DNA from: an uncultured Azospirillum sp.
Lineage (GTDB): Bacteria; Pseudomonadota; Alphaproteobacteria; RF32; CAG-239
Length of the DNA: 61,999 bases
Direction of reading: 5' to 3'
NCBI GenBank assembly: GCA_900542055.1
Contig: UQMA01000005.1
Coordinates: 1 to 61,999 of the forward strand
Shown piece by piece: positions 17,848-26,811 of the stretch. The stretch's first letter is position 1. The number at the start of each line of letters is the position of its first letter. The notes below the pieces were generated by a model. The model searched no databases and had not been told where the DNA came from. It worked only from the letters and a program-made list of their open reading frames with translations. The translations under genes and the position numbers were made by a program.

Positions 17848-18665
17848 TAGCGTTTGCGACCATTGCTGTATCCATCGGGATCATAGCCGTCGTCATCATA
17901 ATTTCCCTGATTGTTAAAGCCGCCCTGATTATATCCCGAACCATTGTTATAGGCGCCGTTGTTTTGGGAACCATAGTTATTTCCCTGATTATAACCATTG
18001 CCGTAGCCATACCCGTTCGGAGCATTATAACCGCCCTGATTATTGTAATTGTTATATCCGTTTTGATTATAGCCGTTAGGGTTATTGTAACCGCTCTGGC
18101 TGTTATAATCGTTTTGTCCGTTATATCCATACTGCTGTTGTTTATAATCGCGCTGGCGTCCCTCTTCCTCCTGCTGCAATTCATAAATTGCAGAAATAAC
18201 TGTATCCCGAAACTCACGCGGACGGTTTACATCTTCAATGCAAATACGGCTTTCATCATTACCGACCTGAATAACCACTGTTCCGGCTCCAAAAATTCTC
18301 TGTGCCAAACTTTGCATAATCTGCACGTCGTTTATTTTGGCTAAAGGAATATCTTTTTCATGAATATTGATAATTCCGCGGCGGATATAAACCCTTTGAT
18401 TTGTGACAGCATAAATCTTCAGCCTGTTGTCTATACGTTTGTAAACATACGGAATAAACAAAATAAGCCCCAACAGCATAAATAAGGAAGAAACTTTTAC
18501 AATTTTTCCCATCCAATGAACATTAAGGTCACCGAACACCCCCGACCAAACGGCAAAAAATATCAAAATTCCGATAGACATTAACAACATCGGAAAAACA
18601 AAGACTTTATAGCTAAAATGAACTTCGATTTTAACATATTCATTTGGTCTGAGTTCTAGTGACAT
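17844..18665 (-). CDS. bacterial PH-domain (bPH_2/DUF304) membrane protein with N/G/Y/Q-rich low-complexity tail
   Basis: Two TM helices. YAVTNQRVYIRRGIINIHEKDIPLAKINDVQIMQSLAQRIFGAGTVVI (bPH_2-like). The last ~100 aa are almost only N, G, Y, Q, S and D. Confidence 0.75.
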   Translation of the reverse strand: MSLELRPNEYVKIEVHFSYKVFVFPMLLMSIGILIFFAVWSGVFGDLNVHWMGKIVKVSSLFMLLGLILFIPYVYKRIDNRLKIYAVTNQRVYIRRGIINIHEKDIPLAKINDVQIMQSLAQRIFGAGTVVIQVGNDESRICIEDVNRPREFRDTVISAIYELQQEEEGRQRDYKQQQYGYNGQNDYNSQSGYNNPNGYNQNGYNNYNNQGGYNAPNGYGYGNGYNQGNNYGSQNNGAYNNGSGYNQGGFNNQGNYDDDGYDPDGYSNGRKRY

Positions 18666-18819
18666 ACAAGCTGCTCCTTTAGCAAACGTAAACTGTTATC
18701 AATATAAATTATTTTTTTTCATCAAGCAACAAATAAACATATTTCAATTGAATTTTATCTCATAAAGCACTACTTTGTAAGTAGGTATTATTATAACTTT
18801 TATTGAGGAGATATCTAAT

Positions 18820-19983
18820 ATGACTACAAAACGTTTTATATTAAATGAAACCAGCTATCACGGACAAGGCGCCATTGAAGCTATTGTTCCTGAGGCTAAA
18901 AACCGCGGTTTTTCCAAAGCGCTGATTGTTACCGATGCCGATTTGGTTAAATTCAATGTAGTAAAAAAAGTAACCGATTTATTGGATAAAGCAGGAATGG
19001 CTTATGCAATATTCGATAAAGTAAAAGCCAATCCGAGTGTTGAAGTAGTAAAAGCAGGCGTTGAAGCTTTCAAACAGGCCGGCGCTGATTATATGATTGC
19101 CATTGGCGGTGGTTCTCCTCAAGATACGGCTAAAGGTATCGGCATTATTATCAACAACCCAGAATTTGCCGATGTTGTATCGTTGGAAGGCGTTGCCCCC
19201 ACAAAACATAAAAGCGTGCCGGTAATTGCCGTAGCGACAACGGCAGGAACACCAGCCGCTGAAACAACAATAAACTATGTAATTACCGATGAAAGCAAAC
19301 GCCGTAAATTTGTTTGCGTCGATCCTCATGACATTCCTGTTGTTGCCGTTGTCGATCCCGACATGATGGCTTCTATGCCAAAATCTTTGGCCGCCGCCAC
19401 AGGAATGGACGCCCTCACCCACGCTATTGAAGGCTATACGACTCTGGCATCTTGGGAGTTGGCAGATACTCTTAACTTAAAAGCAATTGAAATTATTTCA
19501 CGCTCTTTGCGCCAAGCTGTAGCCAAAGAACCTAAAGCTATGGAAGATATGGCTTTGGGACAATATGTGACCGGCATGGCATTTTCTAACGTCGGATTAG
19601 GCGTTGTTCATGGCATGGCTCACCCGTTAAGCGCTTTTTACAATACACCCCATGGAGTTGCAAACGCTGTTTTACTGCCTTATGTTATGGAATTCAACGC
19701 TCCTTATACCGGCAGCAAATTCAGAGAAATCGCCCGCGCTATGGGTGTGAAAGGCGTTGACAGCATGAGTGAAGAACAATACCGCAAAGCTGCAATTGAT
19801 GCGGTAAAACAACTCAAAAAAGATGTTAACATTCCTGAAACGCTAAAAGAAATCGGCGTTAAGGAAGAAGACTTGGAAGCTTTGTCTGAAGCTGCAATGG
19901 CCGATGTCTGCACCGGAGGCAACCCGCGTCCTTGCACCAAAGAACTGGTTTTTGAAGTTTATAAAAAAGCTTTCGGAAAATAA
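18820..19983 (+). CDS. fucO: lactaldehyde reductase / L-1,2-propanediol oxidoreductase (Fe-dependent ADH)
   Basis: Close to FucO along its length: GGGSPQDTAKGIGII, INYVITDESKRRKFVCVDPHDIP, VHGMAHPLSAFYNTPHGVANA. Confidence 0.85.
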   Translation: MTTKRFILNETSYHGQGAIEAIVPEAKNRGFSKALIVTDADLVKFNVVKKVTDLLDKAGMAYAIFDKVKANPSVEVVKAGVEAFKQAGADYMIAIGGGSPQDTAKGIGIIINNPEFADVVSLEGVAPTKHKSVPVIAVATTAGTPAAETTINYVITDESKRRKFVCVDPHDIPVVAVVDPDMMASMPKSLAAATGMDALTHAIEGYTTLASWELADTLNLKAIEIISRSLRQAVAKEPKAMEDMALGQYVTGMAFSNVGLGVVHGMAHPLSAFYNTPHGVANAVLLPYVMEFNAPYTGSKFREIARAMGVKGVDSMSEEQYRKAAIDAVKQLKKDVNIPETLKEIGVKEEDLEALSEAAMADVCTGGNPRPCTKELVFEVYKKAFGK

Positions 19984-20043
19984 TTTATAAAAAAATGAAC
20001 CAAAGGCTTAGCTTTTTCGTTTTAGCTGTGTAAGGAGGTCAAA

Positions 20044-20295
20044 ATGGACGATATTTCACAACTTTTGCAAGAGGCTAAGCCTCTTTATTTCTCCCGAAAA
20101 AAACGGCGCAGCCGCATAAAAGCCGGAATATGTATGCTTGTCGGTCTTGCAATGCTCGGTGCTTTGTACCCGCAAAAATCTACATTGATAGACAATGGAG
20201 AATGGATAGATTATGAACAATACATAAGCCAGTCTTCTCCTATTGAAAAGATGGGATTACCTGTTGATGAATATGGATTTTTGATGGTTGGCTGA
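20044..20295 (+). CDS. small single-pass membrane protein (possible anti-sigma-like partner)
   Basis: 83 aa. KKRRSRIK then a TM (AGICMLVGLAMLGAL). AAGGAGG RBS. TGATG overlap with the sigma gene. Confidence 0.55.
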   Translation: MDDISQLLQEAKPLYFSRKKRRSRIKAGICMLVGLAMLGALYPQKSTLIDNGEWIDYEQYISQSSPIEKMGLPVDEYGFLMVG

Positions 20296-20789
20296 TGAAA
20301 GATATTATAACTGAAAACAAAGGTTTTATCAGATCCGTTATTCATAAAGTGACCGGCGGATATAATGAAGACATTGAACAGGAAGTCTATATAAAAACCT
20401 GGAGAAACATCGAAAACTATCAAGAACAAGGAAAATTCAGACAATGGCTGAGTGCCTTAACCGCCAATGTTTGCCGTGACTATTTTCGTTCTAAAATCAA
20501 CCGTGAACGTAATATGGAACTATGCGACGATGAAGTTCTTGAAAATATTGCAAGCGAACAGCTTCAAGAAGAAGTTTTAGACGCTAAAAAGCGCCAAAAA
20601 CTTATATTGAAAGCCGTCGACAATCTTCCCTATAAAATGCGTAAAATCGTTGTATTGCACGAATTTGAAGATATGCCTCTTGAAAAAATAGCCGATAAAA
20701 TGGGAATTCCGCTCGGAACGGTAAAATCTCGTTTATTTAATGCAAAAAAAATTTTAAGCCAAAAATTGGCCTTTCTGAAAGGAGAATAA
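20295..20789 (+). CDS. ECF-type RNA polymerase sigma factor
   Basis: Region 2 (FRQWLSALTANVCRDYFR) and region 4 HTH (LEKIADKMGIPLGTVKSRLFNAKK). Confidence 0.85.
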   Translation: MKDIITENKGFIRSVIHKVTGGYNEDIEQEVYIKTWRNIENYQEQGKFRQWLSALTANVCRDYFRSKINRERNMELCDDEVLENIASEQLQEEVLDAKKRQKLILKAVDNLPYKMRKIVVLHEFEDMPLEKIADKMGIPLGTVKSRLFNAKKILSQKLAFLKGE

Positions 20790-20791
20790 AT

Positions 20792-21280
20792 ATGAACAAA
20801 AAACTTTTAACTATTGCTTGCGCATCGTTACTTTTGTTTGCCGGCAACAATGTTATCGCCGCTGAGGGAGAAAGTGTTTTAAACAACCACCCCGCACAAA
20901 ATGATATGCCGATACCACCTAAACACAGAAAAATGAAATCGGGAATGCATACTGACCAACTAGCAAAAGAGCTGGATTTAACAGCAGAACAAAAAGAAAA
21001 AGCCGAAGCTCTCCGCAAAGCTGATTTTGAAAAAATGAAGCCATTGATTGAGCAAATGAAAGAACTGCACAAAAAAATGGATGAATTGCGCAAAGAAAAT
21101 ATGAAAAACTTTGAAGCAATTTTAACGCCTTTGCAAAAAGCCAAATTAGACGGCATTATGTTGGAACGTAAAAAACAAATGGAACATTTCAGAAAAGATT
21201 TTCAAAACAAAAAACGCCCAAATGCTCCTTTTCCACCTATGGACGAACACTTTCCGCCTAAACCCATGCCTGAAGAATAA
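20792..21280 (+). CDS. periplasmic LTXXQ-motif protein (Spy/CpxP/ZraP family)
   Basis: Signal peptide, two LTxxQ motifs (LTAEQKEK, LTPLQKAK), helical K/E-rich. Lies 2 nt after the sigma gene. Confidence 0.7.
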   Translation: MNKKLLTIACASLLLFAGNNVIAAEGESVLNNHPAQNDMPIPPKHRKMKSGMHTDQLAKELDLTAEQKEKAEALRKADFEKMKPLIEQMKELHKKMDELRKENMKNFEAILTPLQKAKLDGIMLERKKQMEHFRKDFQNKKRPNAPFPPMDEHFPPKPMPEE

Positions 21281-21297
21281 GCTTTCTGATTTAATAT

Positions 21298-21330
21298 AAA
21301 AAAAATCCTCGATTTTCGAGGATTTTTTTT
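21298..21330. terminator. bidirectional terminator
   Basis: AAATCCTCG-atttt-CGAGGATTT flanked by A8 and T8. Confidence 0.85.
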
Positions 21331-21334
21331 ATAT

Positions 21335-22573
21335 TTAGCGTCTGCGGGGTTTATTTTTCGATTGCCCCAATAACAGAGTGATAACATACAAAGCTCCGTT
21401 TATTATGGTTTTGCGTTCACGAACTTTTAATGAACTCCACCAATCCAATGCTCGACGAAATATTCCCATTTTTTCTTTATTTTTAGGAGTTTCCTCTTGT
21501 TTTTCTTCTCTTTCAGCAATCTGACCATTACTCAACGGCTCAACCTTTGCCCGATAAGGCTCTAAAATTGAGCTTATTTCATTATCGGAAACGTAGGCAC
21601 CATGAATTCTTTTCAGTTCACCGCTTTGCGGCAAATATAAAGAATCTCCCCTTCCCAATAATTCTTCAGCTCCAGGCATATCCAAAATAGTACGGGAATC
21701 TGTTTGTGAAGCCACTTTATAAGATAATCTGGTTGGAAAATTTGCTTTTAATACTCCCGTAACAACATCAACGGATGGGCGCTGCGTCGCCAAAAGTAAA
21801 TGTATTCCAGCTGCGCGGGCTTTTTGCGCCAATCTTTGAACAGAAATTTCGACACTTTTATCGCCAGCCATTAAATCGGCAAACTCATCAATTACACAAA
21901 CAATATATGGCAGTTCTCCGCATCTTTCGTGATATTCTCCGATATTACGTACTAATTCTTTTTCAAAAAGCGCATATCTATGTTCCATTTCATCAATCAA
22001 ATAAACCAGTGTATCAGCGGCTTGTCGATTATCGGTTACAACAGGAACCAACATATAGCGTTGATTGTTATATACGGAAAATTCTATACGTTTGGGATCT
22101 ATTAGAACAAATTTCAATTCAGACGGCTTTTTACGGGCAATCAGAGAAAGTATAAAACTATTCAAACCGACTGACTTTCCAGAACCGGTAGTTCCTGCAA
22201 TCAACAAATGCGGCATTTTAGCCAAATCTGCAAAGACAGGCTGTCCGGATATATCCACACCAAGGCATAACGGCAAATCACCTTTTGCATTTTTAAATTC
22301 AGCGCTATTTAAAATATTTGAAAAATTTACTGTTTTCATTTCTGCAGCCGGAATTTCAAATCCAAGTTTTGAAGTTCCGGCAATAGCTTCAACACGCAAT
22401 GAAGTTACTCCCATCTCACGGGCAATATCCGGTAAAGATGATGTAATATTTTTGATTTTGGTTCCGGCTGCCGGTAGAAATTCTATTTGTTTTATCATAG
22501 GGCCTGTATTTTCGCCGGTTATTTCACCTTTGACCCCATAATGGAGCAATATTTCAGCCAAGTTTTGCAGCAT
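21335..22573 (-). CDS. FtsK/SpoIIIE-family motor (alpha+beta domains only) with predicted C-terminal tail anchor
   Basis: Starts at the alpha domain. Walker A GTTGSGKS, DEFADL, ATQRPS. Ends in charged linker EREEKQEETPKNKEK, then TIINGALYVITLLLG, then KNKPRRR. No N-terminal TM and no gamma domain visible. Confidence 0.8.
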   Translation of the reverse strand: MLQNLAEILLHYGVKGEITGENTGPMIKQIEFLPAAGTKIKNITSSLPDIAREMGVTSLRVEAIAGTSKLGFEIPAAEMKTVNFSNILNSAEFKNAKGDLPLCLGVDISGQPVFADLAKMPHLLIAGTTGSGKSVGLNSFILSLIARKKPSELKFVLIDPKRIEFSVYNNQRYMLVPVVTDNRQAADTLVYLIDEMEHRYALFEKELVRNIGEYHERCGELPYIVCVIDEFADLMAGDKSVEISVQRLAQKARAAGIHLLLATQRPSVDVVTGVLKANFPTRLSYKVASQTDSRTILDMPGAEELLGRGDSLYLPQSGELKRIHGAYVSDNEISSILEPYRAKVEPLSNGQIAEREEKQEETPKNKEKMGIFRRALDWWSSLKVRERKTIINGALYVITLLLGQSKNKPRRR

Positions 22574-22586
22574 TATTTTTTATTCC

Positions 22587-23141
22587 TTATTTTATCAGTT
22601 TCTGCGCAATTTCTTTTGCCATTTTATTAATTAATTGGCTTTGCCCTTCAGCGACACCATCAAAACCACTGGAAATTTTTACTTCTGCGGTTGTGCGTCC
22701 ACGTGCGGAAATTTTATCATTTTTATAAATTGTCCACCAAGCATCCAACATTGCTTTTTTATTCATAACCGCATCAAATTTATTGATTTCAACCGTTACA
22801 GCATAATTAAAATCTTCAGAAGCGTATGATTTAGGCTTGATTAGAGAATTAGGCAAATACAAAGACATATCATCAGCTAAAACTCTGGCGATGGACATAT
22901 TAAGAGGTTCTGCCCAGCGGTTGAACTCGGAAACTTTTAATTCGTTGGAATCAGTTTCGGTTATCACTATTTGCGGACGATCCACATAAGTCGGAATTGA
23001 AATATCATTAATTCCGATAATCATTTTGCGGTTTGACAAACTTTCATCTCCGGTTGCCGCTTGCAATTGATAAAATCTAGAATTAGGCGTTATTGAACAG
23101 GCTTCAATTAAGAAAATAAACAAAATTATATATTTTTTCAT
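22587..23141 (-). CDS. PqiC/DUF330-like ABC-transport auxiliary lipoprotein
   Basis: Lipobox FLIEAC followed by SRFYQL, typical of the PqiC/YmbA family. Confidence 0.7.
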   Translation of the reverse strand: MKKYIILFIFLIEACSITPNSRFYQLQAATGDESLSNRKMIIGINDISIPTYVDRPQIVITETDSNELKVSEFNRWAEPLNMSIARVLADDMSLYLPNSLIKPKSYASEDFNYAVTVEINKFDAVMNKKAMLDAWWTIYKNDKISARGRTTAEVKISSGFDGVAEGQSQLINKMAKEIAQKLIK

Positions 23142-23927
23142 TTAATATCCTCCTTTTCCACGCAAAAGCGACTCTGGGTGTCTTTCTACATAATCTGCAA
23201 AATTATTCAGCGATTTTGCCGCATTTGAAATATTTTGCATTGCACGGTTAAAATTGTTCAAAGCTTCAGGCATAGCGCGTGTTCTTCCCGGAATTACGGA
23301 AAAACTTTCCATTAATTTGCTTGTTTTCGGAACAATATCATTATTTAAACTGTCAAAAAAAGTATTCACTTTATTTAAGGTTTCGCGCAAAGGTAATTCC
23401 TGAATACCGCGGGAGAGTTCCGCAAACTGAGAAAGAACCGTGGGAATTTCTGGAATTTTACTGTCCGGTTGAGAACGATAAACCGCTTCATCGTTTTTAG
23501 CAACAAATTCAAGTTCTATCATCAATTGTCCGGTTAAATAGTTTTGAGTAGACAATCTGGCGCGCAAACCGTTTTTGACCAATTCTTTCAAGACCTGACG
23601 CGCATTTTGGTGCGGTTTGTTGGAAGATATTTTTTTTTCATTAAAAGCCACATAAACCGGAATGCTGAAATCAAAATCGCTCAAATCGGTTATAATATCG
23701 ATTTTTGCAACTCGTCCAATGGCAACACCTTTGAAAACCACAGGTGAACCGACATCAAGTCCTTTTATTGATTCCGAAAAATACATAACAACCAAACGAT
23801 TGCTGTCTTTCATAATTTTATCCGACACAAACATACCAACAGTGGCAAAAAACAGTGCCACTCCGCAGAGGATAAACAGACCGATAAGTTTATTATTTGG
23901 TTTTCTGCGCATTTTTACCTTCTCCAC
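23142..23927 (-). CDS. MCE/MlaD-family substrate-binding protein
   Basis: N-terminal TM then MCE domain (GLDVGSPVVFKGVAIGRVAKI). Alternative start at 23912. Confidence 0.8.
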   Translation of the reverse strand: MEKVKMRRKPNNKLIGLFILCGVALFFATVGMFVSDKIMKDSNRLVVMYFSESIKGLDVGSPVVFKGVAIGRVAKIDIITDLSDFDFSIPVYVAFNEKKISSNKPHQNARQVLKELVKNGLRARLSTQNYLTGQLMIELEFVAKNDEAVYRSQPDSKIPEIPTVLSQFAELSRGIQELPLRETLNKVNTFFDSLNNDIVPKTSKLMESFSVIPGRTRAMPEALNNFNRAMQNISNAAKSLNNFADYVERHPESLLRGKGGY

Positions 23928-24669
23928 GAGTTAAAAATTGAAACACTTTTTCATTAGGCGGATTTTTTAGAAGTTCGCGAGGATTGCCCCGCGCCAAAAT
24001 TGATTTGCTGTCGCCATCCAAAAAAATAGAATTGTTGCCGACTGCAAAAATAGAACTCAACTCATGCGTAACGATAACAATCGTTGTGCCCAAGCTTTGA
24101 TTTATATCCAAAATTAAATCATCCAGCAATTTTGAACTTACGGGATCGAGCCCTGCCGACGGCTCATCAAAATAAACCGTTTCAGGGTCAAGCGCTAAAG
24201 CCCGAGCCAAACCCGCACGCTTTTTCATTCCGCCGCTGATTTCGGACGGATAAAATTCTTCAAAACCGCTCAATCCAACCAGCGCTAATTTTAAAGACAC
24301 CAATTCTCTTATTTCAGCATCAGAATAATTTTTGTACAACTGTAAAGGCAAAGCAATATTTTCTGCCAATGTCATTGAACTGAACAAAGCTCCGCTTTGA
24401 TACAATATTCCATTATTTTGCATAATTTTATTTTTGGTCTTCATTGGTGCGGATATAAAATCGACACCATCAACAAAGACCTTTCCGGATAAAGGAGAAA
24501 CCAACCCTGTTAAGACACGCAGCATACTGCTTTTTCCGCAGCCTGATCCCCCCATTATAATAAAAATATCATGCTGATTTATTACAAAATTTAAATTTTG
24601 CAACAATACAAAATCACCATAACCGATAGTCAAATTTTTCGCTTCAATTTGTGCTTTGTTTTCTGTCAT
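23893..24669 (-). CDS. ABC transporter ATP-binding protein (MlaF-like)
   Basis: Walker A GGSGCGKS, signature SGGMKKRAGLARAL, Walker B VYFDEP. Confidence 0.9.
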   Translation of the reverse strand: MTENKAQIEAKNLTIGYGDFVLLQNLNFVINQHDIFIIMGGSGCGKSSMLRVLTGLVSPLSGKVFVDGVDFISAPMKTKNKIMQNNGILYQSGALFSSMTLAENIALPLQLYKNYSDAEIRELVSLKLALVGLSGFEEFYPSEISGGMKKRAGLARALALDPETVYFDEPSAGLDPVSSKLLDDLILDINQSLGTTIVIVTHELSSIFAVGNNSIFLDGDSKSILARGNPRELLKNPPNEKVFQFLTRGEGKNAQKTK

Positions 24670-25784
24670 ATATTCAGCACCTCACAAGCAACCGTAATTA
24701 TTCCGGTCATAACTATCATCCAAACGATTGCAGCCACAACTGCTTTAGTGGTCGCTGTACCGACACTATCGGCATTGCGTCCGCAGAAAATTCCATAATA
24801 ACAACCGCAAATTGCCGTAACTATACCAAAAACCAAACCATGAAAAAGTCCTACAAAAAAATTATTCAAAGCAATGGCTGAAATAGACATGTCCCAATAT
24901 TTTTGCAGAGGAATCCCCAACATGGTCACCCCTACAAAACCACCGCCCAGCATTCCCATAAAATCTGCCCACATGGTTAAAATCGGCATTGTAATTGTTA
25001 ATGCCAAAATTCGCGGTAGAACCAGAAAATCAATCGGATTTATACCCATTGTTTTAAGAGCATCAATTTCTTCGTTAACCTGCATTGTCCCGATTGTCGC
25101 CGCATAAGAAGCGCCGGTACGGCCGGCCATAATAATTCCGGTCATAATTGCCCCCATAATACGGGTCATACCTATGGTTACCAAACTGGCAACATAAATC
25201 TGAGCTCCAAATGTTTTAAGCTGCACAGCGCCGACAAAAGCTAAAATAAGCCCGACCATAAAACTTATTAAAGAAACTATCGGCAACGCACGATATCCGC
25301 AATCTTCTAAAGCAAAAGAAAAATCTATAGGACGCATAACCGATTTTCCGGCAAAAATGCGTAAAAAAGCTTGTCTTGATTGTATTAAAAAAGCTCTGCC
25401 GCGTTTAAAACTTTCATAAACGTTTACACCCCATATCCCGACTTTTTCAAGCATTTTTGCCTTTTCGTTTTTTGGTTGCGCTGGGTTGCGATCAACCGAA
25501 AAAGCTAAAGAAATCAATCTTGATAAACCGGCAGGAAAAGAGCGCTGTTCTATTTTTATGCCGCGGCGGCGGGAAATTTTTTCGAGTTCGAAAATAATAG
25601 CTACCAATGATGAATCCCATTGCACAAGTTTTGAAGCGTCTATAATTATACTCCGCACTTGCTGATTATGAGCCGCGGCATATAAACGCAATTTTTTATC
25701 TTGATTTTTATAGGAAGCAAAACTTCCTTCAAGAACCAAGGTTAAAACAGCTCCATTTATGTTAAAATTCAAGTTTTCTGTCAT
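24666..25784 (-). CDS. MlaE-family ABC permease with N-terminal STAS domain
   Basis: STAS-like N-terminal ~100 aa, then MlaE-type permease (EEIDALKTMGINP). Confidence 0.85.
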   Translation of the reverse strand: MTENLNFNINGAVLTLVLEGSFASYKNQDKKLRLYAAAHNQQVRSIIIDASKLVQWDSSLVAIIFELEKISRRRGIKIEQRSFPAGLSRLISLAFSVDRNPAQPKNEKAKMLEKVGIWGVNVYESFKRGRAFLIQSRQAFLRIFAGKSVMRPIDFSFALEDCGYRALPIVSLISFMVGLILAFVGAVQLKTFGAQIYVASLVTIGMTRIMGAIMTGIIMAGRTGASYAATIGTMQVNEEIDALKTMGINPIDFLVLPRILALTITMPILTMWADFMGMLGGGFVGVTMLGIPLQKYWDMSISAIALNNFFVGLFHGLVFGIVTAICGCYYGIFCGRNADSVGTATTKAVVAAIVWMIVMTGIITVACEVLNI

Positions 25785-25820
25785 TACTATAATGTATTAT
25801 CATTTCTTTCGATGTCAATA

Positions 25821-25860
25821 AAATTTAACCTCGGAAACAGCAGTTCCGAGGTTAAATTTT
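25821..25860 (-). terminator. long-stem terminator after the orphan gene at 25882..26334
   Basis: AAATTTAACCTCGGAA-acagcag-TTCCGAGGTTAAATTT. Confidence 0.75.
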
Positions 25861-25881
25861 GTCACTTTGCGTTCAAGCAGT

Positions 25882-26334
25882 TCATGCCAACAACTGATTT
25901 TGGCGAAGTGTGTACATAAGACTATCACATTCTGCATAACAAACTGCGTTCAATGCAATTTGCTGTGCAGTCCGACAACGACGCGTCTTCATAACCTCAT
26001 GCGATTGACGAATGCGGTATGAAATCGTTTTCCAATTGGTAGACGGGCACTTTTTCAATAAGTAGACCACCCAACGGGCTACACACAAAAAGCTTTTGCC
26101 GGAACGGAGCTTGTCCAAACTTTTCACCAGATCCGCACGGTCTTCATCAGACAACACACGACCAGCGGTAAGCTGTTTGAGCCAAAGTTTAAGTTCTGAC
26201 AAATTGTCATCGTCAACCAACTTGAGCGCGATGTTATCATCATCTGCTGGAGCAGTGATAAACATAGGCAACGCGCACACAATCATTAAAATCATAAACA
26301 GCCCGAAAGCTATCCATACAAAAACTTGTACCAT
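25882..26334 (-). CDS. hypothetical membrane-anchored protein, atypical composition
   Basis: 150 aa. N-terminal TM (VFVWIAFGLFMILMIVCALPMF), Cys-rich C-terminus. G/C-richer codons than neighbours. Confidence 0.55.
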   Translation of the reverse strand: MVQVFVWIAFGLFMILMIVCALPMFITAPADDDNIALKLVDDDNLSELKLWLKQLTAGRVLSDEDRADLVKSLDKLRSGKSFLCVARWVVYLLKKCPSTNWKTISYRIRQSHEVMKTRRCRTAQQIALNAVCYAECDSLMYTLRQNQLLA

Positions 26335-26408
26335 TTGTTTAATAATTTAAAATTAGTAATTTGATTAACTATTTTGTATTATATACTTTTTTGTATTTTT
26401 GTCAATTT

Positions 26409-26807
26409 TTAGAAATTAATTTTTTGTAATTTTTTTATAATTTCCACGTCTGCACGCGGAAAATCATAATTTTTTAATTCTTCAGGCGTAACCCAAGCTG
26501 AATTTTGATGAACATTCAGTTTTATAACGGCATCATCTGGAATATGCACAAAAAAGACTTTTAAGTCAAATTCTGCATTAAGTTCGGGATATCTATAATC
26601 AATATCAACTATATGTTCGCCAATTTCAGCCTCAACATCCAATTCTTCTTTCAATTCACGTTTTAGGCATTGCTCTATGGTTTCACCGGCTTCCAATTTT
26701 CCCCCCGGAAACTCCCACAGTCCTGCTAACGGTTTTCCTTCAGGCCTTTGACCGATAAATATTTTTCCGTTTCTGACAATAATGCCTGTTCCTACTTCTT
26801 TTACCAT
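26409..26807 (-). CDS. mutT: NUDIX hydrolase (MutT-like)
   Basis: Nudix box GGKLEAGETIEQCLKRELKEELDV. Confidence 0.8.
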   Translation of the reverse strand: MVKEVGTGIIVRNGKIFIGQRPEGKPLAGLWEFPGGKLEAGETIEQCLKRELKEELDVEAEIGEHIVDIDYRYPELNAEFDLKVFFVHIPDDAVIKLNVHQNSAWVTPEELKNYDFPRADVEIIKKLQKINF

Positions 26808-26811
26808 ATGT

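Noticed and set aside
17829-18344. 171-aa plus-strand ORF rich in I/V/A
   Set aside because: It is the antisense shadow of the N/G/Y-rich tail and PH domain of the gene at 17844..18665. Its composition is the mirror image of AAT/GGT/TAT codons, and it has no RBS.
23630-23638. T9 (A9 on the coding strand) homopolymer inside the MCE gene as a possible phase-variation switch
   Set aside because: It encodes a Lys run in an AT-rich genome, inside a conserved operon. There is no evidence of length heterogeneity from a single sequence.
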